A stretch of 64,000 bases of DNA, from contig JBAZSW010000005.1 of the NCBI GenBank assembly GCA_041662245.1, positions 57,837 to 121,836 of the forward strand, given 5' to 3'. The position numbers and the translations under genes are program-made. The notes beneath the pieces are model-generated. The model had not been told where the DNA came from. It made no database searches and was given only the letters and a program-made list of their open reading frames with translations. The first letter of the stretch is position 1. Each line of letters begins with the position of its first letter. Below are positions 46,372-55,876 of this stretch, in pieces. Origin of the DNA: Parcubacteria group bacterium. GTDB taxonomy: Bacteria; Patescibacteriota; Minisyncoccia; Moranbacterales; UBA9337.

Positions 46372-47442
46372 ATGGATATCAAGGAAGAATTAAAAAAGAT
46401 TCAAGATAAAATTAATCCAGAACTAAAAATATTTTTTGATGAAATTATAAAAGATTCTAAAAAAAATAATTTTATTACCACTGAAGCTTTAAAACAAGTT
46501 AAAAAAATAACTTTAGCAGGAGGAAAAAGATTACGACCAGCCTTGATGTACTGGGCGTATGCGGGTGTGGGTGGCAAAAATAAGAAGGAAATGATAAAAA
46601 CATCTATCAGCATTGAGTTGATTCACGTTTTTCTTTTAATCCACGATGATATTATTGATAATGATGCCAAGCGACACGGTGTTCAAACCGTCCATGCTAA
46701 ATATGATAAAATTGGAAAAATTATCTCTTTAGGAAAAAGAGATTCTCGGCATTTCGGAAATTCCATAGGGATTGTTACAGGAGATATTTTGGGGGCGTTG
46801 GGAAATCGAGTTCTTTTTAATTCAAAATTTGCTCCAGAATTGGTAGTTAAAGCACTTTCACAGTTGCAAAATATTGTAGCTAGAGTTGCGATTGGTGAGG
46901 CTCAAGATGTTTTTATTGAACATAAAAGATCAGCTACTGAAGCAGAAGTGATGGATATGTATAAAAATAAAACAGCTAAATATACCTTTGAGGGTCCTTT
47001 GCATTTGGGTGCGATTTTAGGTGGGGCTGATAAAAAATTATTAAATAGTATTACTAAGTTTTCTGTTCCTGTGGGAGTGGCTTTTCAAATTCAAGATGAT
47101 ATTTTAGGAATTTTTGGTGATGAAGAAAAAATAGGCAAACCTGTAGGTTCAGATATTCGGGAAGGAAAACAGACTATTTTAGTAGTAAGGGCTTTAAAAA
47201 ATGCCAATAAAAAACAGAAAGAAATTTTAACCAGATTAGTAGGAAAGAAAGATATTACTAAGGCAGAGGTAGAAGAATTTAGAAATGTTATTCGTGAAAC
47301 AAAGTCATTGGATTATGCTAATGCTTTGGCAAAAAAATTAATTGAAAAAGGTAAGGCAGAAATAAAAGATATTGGCTTTACAGAGGAAATAAAAACAATC
47401 CTCTTGGCTCTGGCGGATTATATGGCTAAACGAGATATTTAA
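46372..47442 (+). CDS. Polyprenyl diphosphate synthase (trans-isoprenyl diphosphate synthase, IspA/GGPPS family)
   Basis: FARM LIHDDIIDND and SARM FQIQDDILG motifs. Confidence 0.85.
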   Translation: MDIKEELKKIQDKINPELKIFFDEIIKDSKKNNFITTEALKQVKKITLAGGKRLRPALMYWAYAGVGGKNKKEMIKTSISIELIHVFLLIHDDIIDNDAKRHGVQTVHAKYDKIGKIISLGKRDSRHFGNSIGIVTGDILGALGNRVLFNSKFAPELVVKALSQLQNIVARVAIGEAQDVFIEHKRSATEAEVMDMYKNKTAKYTFEGPLHLGAILGGADKKLLNSITKFSVPVGVAFQIQDDILGIFGDEEKIGKPVGSDIREGKQTILVVRALKNANKKQKEILTRLVGKKDITKAEVEEFRNVIRETKSLDYANALAKKLIEKGKAEIKDIGFTEEIKTILLALADYMAKRDI

Positions 47443-47507
47443 ATTTTTAAAAATATTTAAGTAATTCTTTAATTATCAGTGACCTATATGCAATCGGTAG
47501 CTGATTA

Positions 47508-48569
47508 ATGATTATGATTCAAAGAAAAAAAACTAGAAAAATTAAAATAGGCAATATATTCATGGGCGGAGATGCGCCTATCGTTATTCAATCAATGTGT
47601 AATACTGACACTCGAGATGTGGAAGCGACAGTAGCTCAAATTAAAGAGCTTATTCAGGCGGGATGCGAAGTCATCCGAGTGGCAGTTCCTGATATGGAAG
47701 CAGCTCTGGCAATTGGTGAAATTAAAAAACAAATTAACATTCCAATTGTGGCTGATATTCATTTTTCGGCTGAATATGCCATGGAGGCTATCGCTCAAGG
47801 CGTTGATAAACTTCGAATTAATCCGGGAAATATTGGCGATGAAAAAAAAGTGACAATGCTGGTAAAGGCCTGCAAGAAAAAAAAGATTCCAATTCGAATC
47901 GGAATTAACGGCGGATCTTTAGAAAAAGATATTTTAAAAAAATATAAAGGAGAAGTTACGCCTCAGGGGATGGTTGAATCAGCGATGCGCCATATAAAAA
48001 TTTTAGAAAAAAATAAATTTTTCGATATTGCTATTTCTCTTAAAGCCAATGATGTGGAGAGGACAGTGGAGGCTTATCGATTATTGTCTAAAAAGGTAGA
48101 CTACCCGTTACATATTGGGATAACAGAAGCAGGAACGACTTTTCGAGGAACAATTCTATCGGCAGTGGGCTTCGGAATATTGCTTTATGATGGGATTGGA
48201 GACACAATCAGAGTTTCACTAACAGCCAATCCGGTAGAGGAGATAAAAGTAGCATGGGAAATTCTTAAATCTTTAGGACTACGAAAGCGAGGAATATCTG
48301 TAACTAGTTGCCCGACTTGTGGAAGAACTCAAATAGATTTGATAAAATTAGTTGGGGAAGTGGAAAAATTATTAGAAGGCATGGAAAAAGATATTCGTGT
48401 GGCAGTGATGGGTTGCGTAGTAAATGGTCCTGGAGAAGCGAGAGAAGCGGATTTGGCTATCGTAGGAGGTAGGGGAGTAGGATTGATTGTAAAAAAAGGA
48501 AAAATTATAAAGAAAGTGGACGAAAAAGATTTACTAGTTGAATTCATGAAAGAAATAGAAAAGTTTTAG
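47508..48569 (+). CDS. ispG: 4-hydroxy-3-methylbut-2-en-1-yl diphosphate synthase (flavodoxin)
   Basis: IFMGGDAPIVIQSM..., a C-terminal CPTCGRT...GC..NGPGE [4Fe-4S] motif. Confidence 0.9.
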   Translation: MIMIQRKKTRKIKIGNIFMGGDAPIVIQSMCNTDTRDVEATVAQIKELIQAGCEVIRVAVPDMEAALAIGEIKKQINIPIVADIHFSAEYAMEAIAQGVDKLRINPGNIGDEKKVTMLVKACKKKKIPIRIGINGGSLEKDILKKYKGEVTPQGMVESAMRHIKILEKNKFFDIAISLKANDVERTVEAYRLLSKKVDYPLHIGITEAGTTFRGTILSAVGFGILLYDGIGDTIRVSLTANPVEEIKVAWEILKSLGLRKRGISVTSCPTCGRTQIDLIKLVGEVEKLLEGMEKDIRVAVMGCVVNGPGEAREADLAIVGGRGVGLIVKKGKIIKKVDEKDLLVEFMKEIEKF

Positions 48570-48587
48570 GGTTAAATATCAATATTA

Positions 48588-48617
48588 AAAACCTCCATTT
48601 AGCGGAGGTTTTTTTGA
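48588..48617. terminator. Bidirectional rho-independent terminator (ispG on +, rpmB on -)
   Basis: aaaaacctcc atttag cggaggttttttt. Confidence 0.8.
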
Positions 48618-48637
48618 CCTTTAATATTGAAAGAAAA

Positions 48638-48811
48638 TTAAACTTCTTTGTTCATGGTTCGAATACATCTAGTACAAACTTTTATCTTTTGGCCTTCTAC
48701 TTTTTTCTGTTGGATATTTACCTTAAATTTTCTTTTAGTTGCAATGTTGGAATGACTTCTGGAGTGTCCGGTAGAAGTTCCTCTATTACAAATTTCACAG
48801 GTTCTACTCAT
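48638..48811 (-). CDS. rpmB: 50S ribosomal protein L28 (57 aa); absent from the ORF track
   Basis: The minus-strand translation MSRTCEICNRGTSTGHSRSHSNIATKRKFKVNIQQKKVEGQKIKVCTRCIRTMNKEV matches the L28 consensus (M.r.C...gk....G...SH..n.TKR.f.pN). Confidence 0.8.
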   Translation of the reverse strand: MSRTCEICNRGTSTGHSRSHSNIATKRKFKVNIQQKKVEGQKIKVCTRCIRTMNKEV

Positions 48812-48926
48812 AGTATATTACAGAACAAATTATTAACCACCGTCTCATATTTGGATGATTTATGTCCCTTAAATTAGTTTGCTTATTTACAAGATATAGA
48901 TTATCATAATAGATGTATTTTGTAAA

Positions 48927-49664
48927 GTGAAATCAGATAATAAGTTTAAAATAATATTTTTTATGTCAGGAGAAATAATTTTAATTATATTTCAGGTATT
49001 TATATTAATAATGTCAGTGGTGGTACATGAGGTATCTCACGGACTAATGGCTTTTAAATTGGGCGATTCAACTGCCAAATATGCTGATAGACTGAGTTTA
49101 AATCCAATTAAACATTTTGATCTGTGGGGCTCTTTGATTGTGCCATTTTTTATGATTATTAGCTTTGGTTTTGGATTTGGTTGGGCTAAACCGGTTCCTT
49201 ATAATCCTTACAATCTCAAAGACCAAAAAATGGGACCAGCTTGGGTAGCTTTGGCGGGACCAGCTTCTAATATTTTAGTGGCAATAATTTTTGGTTTAGG
49301 GGCGAGATTTATAGCCTTAAATTATATGATTAAGCTAGAAATAATCAAAAATTTGTTTAATTTTAGCGGGTTAAGCCCTCTTTTGTCTGGGTCATTTCCT
49401 GCCATATTTTTTTGGTTATTTATGATGATTATGGCGATTAATATTTTTTTGGCTGTTTTTAATCTCATTCCCATTCCGCCGCTAGACGGTTCTAAATTAC
49501 TTTTTGCAGTTGTCCCCATGAGCGACAAAAGTAAATTAATATTTGAACAGTTTGGGTTTGTATTTCTGTTGATAATCATATTTTTCTTATCTGCTCCTGT
49601 GAGTTATCTTTTGGGTGGGGTATTATCTTTATTTTTTCGATATATTGTTGGAATAGGAATTTAA
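48927..49664 (+). CDS. Site-2 protease family membrane metalloprotease (SpoIVFB-like)
   Basis: HEVSHGLMA (HExxH) in TM1, a downstream LNLIPIPPLDGSKL (LDG) motif, and a polytopic topology. Confidence 0.8.
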   Translation: MKSDNKFKIIFFMSGEIILIIFQVFILIMSVVVHEVSHGLMAFKLGDSTAKYADRLSLNPIKHFDLWGSLIVPFFMIISFGFGFGWAKPVPYNPYNLKDQKMGPAWVALAGPASNILVAIIFGLGARFIALNYMIKLEIIKNLFNFSGLSPLLSGSFPAIFFWLFMMIMAINIFLAVFNLIPIPPLDGSKLLFAVVPMSDKSKLIFEQFGFVFLLIIIFFLSAPVSYLLGGVLSLFFRYIVGIGI

Positions 49665-49665
49665 T

Positions 49666-50661
49666 TTGATAAAATCAAAAATAGTTTATAAATTTATAGC
49701 AGATAATAATATGCAAGAAATTAATGAAAAAAAACTAAATATTTCCGTGGTGGTTCCTATATTTAACGAAGAGGAAAATGTTGCTAAATTACATAGCCGG
49801 ATTTTAGAAGAGTGTCAAAAGCTGGAAAGAAGTTTTGAAATAATTTTTATTAATGATGGTTCTTCGGATAAGACCTTAGAGGAATGCAAAAAGCTAAGTC
49901 CTCTGAAATTAATAAATTTTAGAAAAAATTATGGTCAGACAGCAGCTTTTGATGCTGGTTTTCAAGCGTCTCAAGGAGAGATAGTAATAACCATGGACGG
50001 TGATTTGCAAAATGATCCTGCCGATATAAATAAATTGCTAGATAAAATAGCAGAGGGGTTTGACGTAGTAAGCGGTTGGAGATTTCAAAGGAAAGATTCT
50101 TTGAGTAAAAAAATATTTTCTCGGGGAGCTAATTTGTTACGAAAATTTTTTATTCAAGATAACATTCATGATAGTGGTTGCAGTCTGAAAGCTTATAAAC
50201 GAGAGTGCTTTAATGATTTAGAACTTTTTGGAGAAATGCATCGCTTTATTCCTGCTCTCTTGGAAATGGATGGATTTAAGGTAGCGGAAGTGAAAGTTTC
50301 GCATCATCCTCGGATAGCGGGGGTAACAAAATATAATTGGAGGAGAGCTTTTAAGGGAATGGTAGATATGATGTCCATTTGGTTTTGGAGAAAATATGCC
50401 AACCGGCCACTTCATCTTTTTGGAGCTAGCGGAGTGATTTTATCAGTTGCTGGAATAGGAATTCTAATTTGGATGTTTATAGAAAAAGTTTTCTTTGCGC
50501 AATCTATTGGAGAAAGAATTTGGCCGATGATAGGCGTGATGTTTACTCTAGTGGGCGTGCAACTCTTTATCTCGGGACTTTTAGCGGATATTATTATTAA
50601 AAATTATTTCAAAGCTAAAAATCATCGCGGATATTATATTAAAGAAGTTATTAATAATTAG
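49666..50661 (+). CDS. Family-2 glycosyltransferase (polyprenyl-phosphate sugar transferase, DPM1/ArnC-like) with 2 C-terminal TM helices
   Basis: VVVPIFNEE..., DGSSD and ITMDGDLQ(N)DP DXD motifs. Confidence 0.8.
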   Translation: MIKSKIVYKFIADNNMQEINEKKLNISVVVPIFNEEENVAKLHSRILEECQKLERSFEIIFINDGSSDKTLEECKKLSPLKLINFRKNYGQTAAFDAGFQASQGEIVITMDGDLQNDPADINKLLDKIAEGFDVVSGWRFQRKDSLSKKIFSRGANLLRKFFIQDNIHDSGCSLKAYKRECFNDLELFGEMHRFIPALLEMDGFKVAEVKVSHHPRIAGVTKYNWRRAFKGMVDMMSIWFWRKYANRPLHLFGASGVILSVAGIGILIWMFIEKVFFAQSIGERIWPMIGVMFTLVGVQLFISGLLADIIIKNYFKAKNHRGYYIKEVINN

Positions 50662-50880
50662 GAATTTAAGAATCTAGGAATTTGGTAATCTGAAAATTTG
50701 AGAATAAGCCAAAATAATATAAAAAGCTCTCTCTATGTCTGAGGGAGTTTTTTTACAAAATTTTCCTTGACAAAAATTGATTTTAGTAGTATTTTAACTG
50801 GAAACAAAAAAAGTACTTTATTAGGGGGAGAGGTGCGGTTTTGCCTTAAATTATAAGAGAAAAAAACGAGGAGAGAGATT

Positions 50881-51429
50881 ATGACGCAAGCTATCAGAAA
50901 TTATTTATTGGCAGATGGTAACATTGGTTCAATTTTATTGGTGGCGGTTGTCTTTTTGATAGGTGCCATTGGGGCTATTTTTTATGCAGCTTTTTTAACC
51001 AAAAAAATATTTGGAGCTTGGAATGACATTTCGGATTCCTTTGTTTGTGAATTGAATTCTATCGGTTTAGATATCGTCAATGTCTTAATTGAAATTGCGA
51101 TGATTGGAGCCGATAAGCATGCGGCATTTGCAATTGGAAAAGTAAAGCAAGAAATTGCAAATAGTAGCGCCAATCCTAATTTCTTTATCAATTTACTTGA
51201 ATTTTCTGAAAAAATTCATGACAATAATCATACTCAAGTTTTGAATAGCGATTATGCCAAAGCAAGGGAAGCTATCAAGGAGGCTATTGCATTGGCGGGG
51301 GCATATCAAAAAGTCAAAGGACTTGAAGAATTCGCTCAGTTGGCCGTCAAAACATCTGAGGCGAAGAAAGAAATCGCTGACGCTGCTGAAAATCTGAGGG
51401 GTATTCTCTATGGTCTTAAGCAAGCCTAG
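50881..51429 (+). CDS. Hypothetical N-terminally membrane-anchored protein
   Basis: RBS gaggagagagatt precedes the ATG. One TM followed by a helical region. Confidence 0.45.
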   Translation: MTQAIRNYLLADGNIGSILLVAVVFLIGAIGAIFYAAFLTKKIFGAWNDISDSFVCELNSIGLDIVNVLIEIAMIGADKHAAFAIGKVKQEIANSSANPNFFINLLEFSEKIHDNNHTQVLNSDYAKAREAIKEAIALAGAYQKVKGLEEFAQLAVKTSEAKKEIADAAENLRGILYGLKQA

Positions 51430-51449
51430 AGATAATCTTATTTTGCTTG

Positions 51450-51486
51450 AAAACTTCTTGATTAGATATTAATCAAGAAGTTTTTT
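51450..51486 (+). terminator. Rho-independent terminator
   Basis: aaacttcttgatta gatat taatcaagaagtttttt. Confidence 0.8.
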
Positions 51487-51595
51487 ATGTAAAAAACTAA
51501 AAAATAAATAAAAAAAGTGAAAAGTGAGGGATGTGGATAACTCATGAAAATGGCTCAAAATAAGGATAATTTCAGAGGCTTGCCAGCATTTTATC

Positions 51596-51624
51596 TTGTG
51601 GTATAATTACCCTGTAACATACAA
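51596..51624 (+). promoter_or_regulatory. Putative promoter (TTGCCA-16-TATAAT) for nrdR
   Basis: ttgccagcattttatcttgtggtataat. Confidence 0.45.
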
Positions 51625-51718
51625 CATGTAGTGTAAATATTCATTTAAACATAAAAATAGTCAAATAGCAAGGGTAAAATAACGGCATATATTTAGATGT
51701 TTAAATAAAAATAAAAAT

Positions 51719-52180
51719 ATGATTTGTCCAGCCTGTAATCATCCTGATACAAAAGTGGTTGATTCTCGCGATACCAACGAAGGCAAAGCTATCCGAAGAC
51801 GAAGAGAATGCGAGAAATGCAAGACCAGATTTAGCACTTATGAGGAAATAGAAATTATGAGACTTCTGGTGATAAAGAGAAATGGAGAAAAAGAAGAATA
51901 TAATCAGGAAAAAATAATAAAGGGAATCGAAAAGTCTCTGGAAAAGAGACCTGTCAATCAGGAAAAAAAAGAAAAGTTAGTAAATGAAATAGAATACCAA
52001 GTGCACATTAAAAGTAAGCAAGGTGAGATAGCTAGCAAAGAAGTGGGAAAAATAATTTTAGATAAGCTTAAGGAGATTGATGATGTAGCTTATTTGAGGT
52101 TTGCTAGCGTATATAAATCCTTTGGTAGTTTAAATAGTTTTAAAAAAGAACTAGAAAAGTTAGAAGAAGAAGAAAAATAA
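51719..52180 (+). CDS. nrdR: Transcriptional repressor NrdR
   Basis: Zn-ribbon MICPACNHPDTKVVDSR...RRRECEKC plus an ATP-cone domain. Confidence 0.9.
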   Translation: MICPACNHPDTKVVDSRDTNEGKAIRRRRECEKCKTRFSTYEEIEIMRLLVIKRNGEKEEYNQEKIIKGIEKSLEKRPVNQEKKEKLVNEIEYQVHIKSKQGEIASKEVGKIILDKLKEIDDVAYLRFASVYKSFGSLNSFKKELEKLEEEEK

Positions 52181-52235
52181 AATATAAAAATAATCTATAA
52201 TTTTCTTAGAAAATCAATCCGCCTGTGCTAGAGCT

Positions 52236-54365
52236 TTGGCGAGACAAGAAAAAAATAAAAATATGACTCAAAAGAAAAAAATAACAAATGAAGGAAAAGG
52301 GGTAGAAAAGAAACAAGAAGCTCAAAAAATAGTTGCTAAAATTATTAAAAGGAGTGGTAAGGTAGTTCCTTTTAGTGAAGAAAAAATAGTCAAAGCTGTT
52401 TTTAAAGCGTTCAAAGAGACTGAGGAGGGAGATTTGAAGGATGCCGAGAAAGTGGCCAAAAAAGTAACTCAACTTTTAAGCAAAAGTTTTCGTAAAGGTT
52501 ATGTACCAGAGATTGAAGAGATTCAAGATACGGTAGAAAAAGTTTTGATGATATTGGATTTTGAGGTAACTGCTAAAGCTTATATTCTTTATCGCGAACA
52601 ACATCGCAAAGTGCGAGAAACGGAAGAAGTTTTGGATGAGGCTGTAAGTTTGGTAGATAAATATATTGACGAATCAGATTGGCGAGTTAAGGAAAATTCT
52701 AATATGGGGTTTTCGTTGCAGGGTTTAAATAATTTTATCTCTTCGGCAGTTAGCGCTAAATATTGGATGAACAAGGTTTACACCAAAAATATTCGAGATG
52801 CTCATGAAGATGGAGATTTGCATGTACATGATTTGCAAATGGTGGCCGCGTATTGCTGTGGATGGGATTTGCATGATCTATTGATTAGGGGTTTTGGTGG
52901 AGTTCCTGGAAAAGTTCATTCTGGACCAGCTAAACATTTTCGAAGTGCGCTGGGACAAATGGTGAATTTTATTTATACTTTGCAGGGTGAAGCTAATGGC
53001 GCACAGGCTTTTGCTAATTTTGATACATTGTTGGCTCCTTTCGTTTATTACGACAAATTAAATTATAAAGAAGTGAAACAGGCTATCCAAGAATTTGTTT
53101 TCAATATGAATGTTCCGACTCGAGTGGGGTTCCAAACACCTTTTTCTAATATTACTTTAGATTTACAAGTACCTTCTAACTATAAAGATGAAGCTGTAAT
53201 TATTGGAGGAAAACCTTTAAGAAAGAAATATGGATCTTTCCAAAAAGAGATGAATATGATTAATCGAGCTTTTGCAGAAGTGATGAGCAAAGGTGATTCT
53301 CAAAACAGGGTATTTACTTTTCCGATTCCCACCTACAATATTTCTAAAGATTTTAATTGGGAGGATAAGGCGTTGGAGCCAGTTTGGGAAATGACCGCTA
53401 AATATGGGATGCCTTATTTTGCTAATTTTATTAATTCTGATATGAGTCCTGATGATGCTAGAAGTATGTGTTGTCGACTTAGGTTGGATAATCGTGAATT
53501 ACAAAGAAGGGGTGGAGGACTTTTTGGCGCCAATCCTATGACTGGTTCAATCGGGGTGGTGACTATTAATATGCCAAGAATCGGATATTTGGCAAAAGAT
53601 AAAAAAGATTTTTTTAGCAGATTGGATAAATTGATGGATATTGCCAAAGAAAGCTTAGAACTAAAAAGAGTTTTTATAGAAAAACTAACGGAAGCGGGAT
53701 TATATCCATATTCTAGATATTATTTAAGAGATATTAAAATGAGAAGGGGTGCATATTGGGGCAATCATTTTTCTACTATAGGGCTTTTGGGGATGAATGA
53801 GGCATTATTAAATCTTTTTGGAAAAGGAATTGCAACTAAGGAAGGAAATCTTTTTGCGCAGAAAGTTTTAGATCATATGCGAAGCAAAATGATTAAGTAC
53901 CAAAAAGAGACTGGCAATATGTATAATTTGGAAGCTACTCCCGCTGAAGGGACCACTTATCGCTTAGCAAATTTAGATAGAAAAAAATTCCCTGAAATAA
54001 TTTTTGCTAATAATGAATCAGTTAAAGCGGGAGCTGCTGAACCATATTATACCAATTCTTCTCAACTGCCAGTGGGTTATACTAGCGATATTTTTGAAGC
54101 TTTGGATCTACAAGACAATCTTCAAACTAAATATACTGGAGGAACAGTATTGCATGGATTTTTAGGTGAAAAGATTAATGATATAGAAGTGGTTAAAAAT
54201 TTGGTAAGAACTATTGCAACCAAGTATGCTCTTCCTTATTTCACTTTTACTCCGACCTTTAGCATTTGTCCGGAACACGGATATATAGCAGGGGAGCATC
54301 ATACCTGCCCAAAATGTAAAATAGCTATGAAAAAAGAAGATGTAAAGTTCGAGAAGGTGAGATAA
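52236..54365 (+). CDS. nrdD: Anaerobic ribonucleoside-triphosphate reductase, catalytic subunit (class III RNR); ends at the Zn-ribbon and lacks the glycyl-radical motif. The start may be the ATG at 52263.
   Basis: N-terminal ATP-cone. Conserved class III core. The C-terminus ...SICPEHGYIAGEHHTCPKC stops before any RVxG[YF] motif. Confidence 0.85.
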   Translation: MARQEKNKNMTQKKKITNEGKGVEKKQEAQKIVAKIIKRSGKVVPFSEEKIVKAVFKAFKETEEGDLKDAEKVAKKVTQLLSKSFRKGYVPEIEEIQDTVEKVLMILDFEVTAKAYILYREQHRKVRETEEVLDEAVSLVDKYIDESDWRVKENSNMGFSLQGLNNFISSAVSAKYWMNKVYTKNIRDAHEDGDLHVHDLQMVAAYCCGWDLHDLLIRGFGGVPGKVHSGPAKHFRSALGQMVNFIYTLQGEANGAQAFANFDTLLAPFVYYDKLNYKEVKQAIQEFVFNMNVPTRVGFQTPFSNITLDLQVPSNYKDEAVIIGGKPLRKKYGSFQKEMNMINRAFAEVMSKGDSQNRVFTFPIPTYNISKDFNWEDKALEPVWEMTAKYGMPYFANFINSDMSPDDARSMCCRLRLDNRELQRRGGGLFGANPMTGSIGVVTINMPRIGYLAKDKKDFFSRLDKLMDIAKESLELKRVFIEKLTEAGLYPYSRYYLRDIKMRRGAYWGNHFSTIGLLGMNEALLNLFGKGIATKEGNLFAQKVLDHMRSKMIKYQKETGNMYNLEATPAEGTTYRLANLDRKKFPEIIFANNESVKAGAAEPYYTNSSQLPVGYTSDIFEALDLQDNLQTKYTGGTVLHGFLGEKINDIEVVKNLVRTIATKYALPYFTFTPTFSICPEHGYIAGEHHTCPKCKIAMKKEDVKFEKVR

Positions 54366-54495
54366 TCTTTAAAAAATTGGGAATTTGTAAATCAAGAGCA
54401 GACAACTAATTGCTCGCAAGAGCATTTGAAATAACTCTATTTGAATACAATTTATTGTTATTTGAGGAGAGTGATAAATAAAAAAAATAAAAAAT

Positions 54496-54533
54496 AAATT
54501 TATAAATTGTGGAAATACAATTTATAAATTAAA
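54496..54533. promoter_or_regulatory. AT-rich inverted repeat aatttataaattgt-N6-acaatttataaatt (candidate NrdR-box pair or operator) immediately upstream of the small nrdD-C ORF
   Basis: A perfect 14-bp inverted repeat with an ACA...TGT-type palindrome, as in NrdR boxes. Confidence 0.35.
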
Positions 54534-54538
54534 AAAAT

Positions 54539-54832
54539 ATGGAAAACAAATTAATTTGTCATGATTGTGGCAAAGAATTAGTCAAAGGTGATGAGTATGT
54601 CAATTATACTCAAGATGAAAAAACTTATTTGGTAAAATGTCGCGAATGTTATGAAAAAAATTCAGTTATTGAGAATTTTCAACCTTGCGATGTGTATAGC
54701 CGGGTAGTGGGATTTCATACTCCAATTCAAAGATGGAATAAAGCTAAGACGGCTGAATGGAAGGATAGAAAAACTTTCAAGGTGGATGAATCTGAAAATA
54801 AGGATGATTCTGATACTAAAAAAGATTGTTAA
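54539..54832 (+). CDS. Stand-alone NrdD C-terminal glycyl-radical domain protein (Zn-ribbon plus RVVGF..WN.AK..E.KDRK motif)
   Basis: CHDCGKEL...CREC Zn-ribbon, then YSRVVGFHTPIQRWNKAKTAEWKDRKTF. This parallels the E. coli NrdD C-terminus RRVCGYLGSPDARPFNAGKQEEVKRRVKH. Confidence 0.65.
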   Translation: MENKLICHDCGKELVKGDEYVNYTQDEKTYLVKCRECYEKNSVIENFQPCDVYSRVVGFHTPIQRWNKAKTAEWKDRKTFKVDESENKDDSDTKKDC

Positions 54833-55019
54833 TTGTAACAACACTTTGGGCTAAAAAAGATAGTAGGGCGATTTCTATTTCAGAAATCGCCCTAAAAAGA
54901 CTCAATATTTTTTAATCTTTCCATGAGTTTGGTTTAAAATAATAACTTTCAATTTCCTGTGCAAGAAAATAAAAATATTAATTTGTAATACAAAATGCTT
55001 AATATATAATATTTAAGAA

Positions 55020-55718
55020 ATGAATATTGCCAGTTTTCAAAAATTTACACTATTGGATTATCCGGGGCATATCGCTACAACTGTTTTTACTGTGGGTTGT
55101 AACTTTCGTTGCTCTTTTTGTCATAACCCTGAACTAGTACTTAGCTCGCAATTTATGGTTCACAGCAATAATAATGAAAAAGATTTTTTTAAGTTTTTAA
55201 AAGAAAGAGCCGGCAAATTAGAGGCAGTCTGTATTACGGGGGGTGAGCCAACCTTGCAAAAGGATTTATTGGATTTTATGTCTAAGGTAAAAAAAATGGG
55301 ATATTTAGTAAAATTGGATACTAACGGTATGCGCCCTGATGTTTTAAAAAAAGCACTGGATTCAAAAATTGTTGATTATGTGGCGATGGATATAAAAAAT
55401 TCTCTTAAAAACTATGAAAAAACAGTATGTACGAAAGTGGACCTAGAAAGAATAAAAATGAGTGTGGAATTGATAAGAAATAGCAAAGTTGATTATGACT
55501 TTCGTACTACCGTGGTTCCTGGAATTCATAAGGAAAAAGATTTTCAAGATATCGCTCTTTGGATTGGCGGAGCAAAAAAATATTTTTTACAAAGATTTAG
55601 GGATATTAAAACATTAGATCCCGCATTAAAAGATAAAACCAGAGGGAAAAAGTTAGACTTAGAAAAAATTAAAAAGAAAATTGAAAAACATTTTGGAGAA
55701 GTAGGAATAAGGGGGTAA
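55020..55718 (+). CDS. nrdG: Anaerobic ribonucleoside-triphosphate reductase activating protein (radical SAM)
   Basis: CNFRCSFCHNP radical-SAM cysteine motif and a glycine-rich SAM site ITGGEPTL. Confidence 0.85.
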   Translation: MNIASFQKFTLLDYPGHIATTVFTVGCNFRCSFCHNPELVLSSQFMVHSNNNEKDFFKFLKERAGKLEAVCITGGEPTLQKDLLDFMSKVKKMGYLVKLDTNGMRPDVLKKALDSKIVDYVAMDIKNSLKNYEKTVCTKVDLERIKMSVELIRNSKVDYDFRTTVVPGIHKEKDFQDIALWIGGAKKYFLQRFRDIKTLDPALKDKTRGKKLDLEKIKKKIEKHFGEVGIRG

Positions 55719-55876
55719 TTAAAACTAAAAATATCAAAGAAAGTATTTTTGTTAAATTGAATATAAATGGTGCGGGGTATTTACAAAAAACAATAATAGT
55801 GGTACAAGTAATTAGCGACTTAATAAGGGGTTGCTTTTTAGTTAAGAATAAAAACAAGAAAAGGGGAGGAAAATTC

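Noticed and set aside
48614-48877. Annotated plus-strand ORF (87 aa) downstream of ispG
   Set aside because: The minus strand encodes a clear ribosomal protein L28, so the plus ORF is a shadow.
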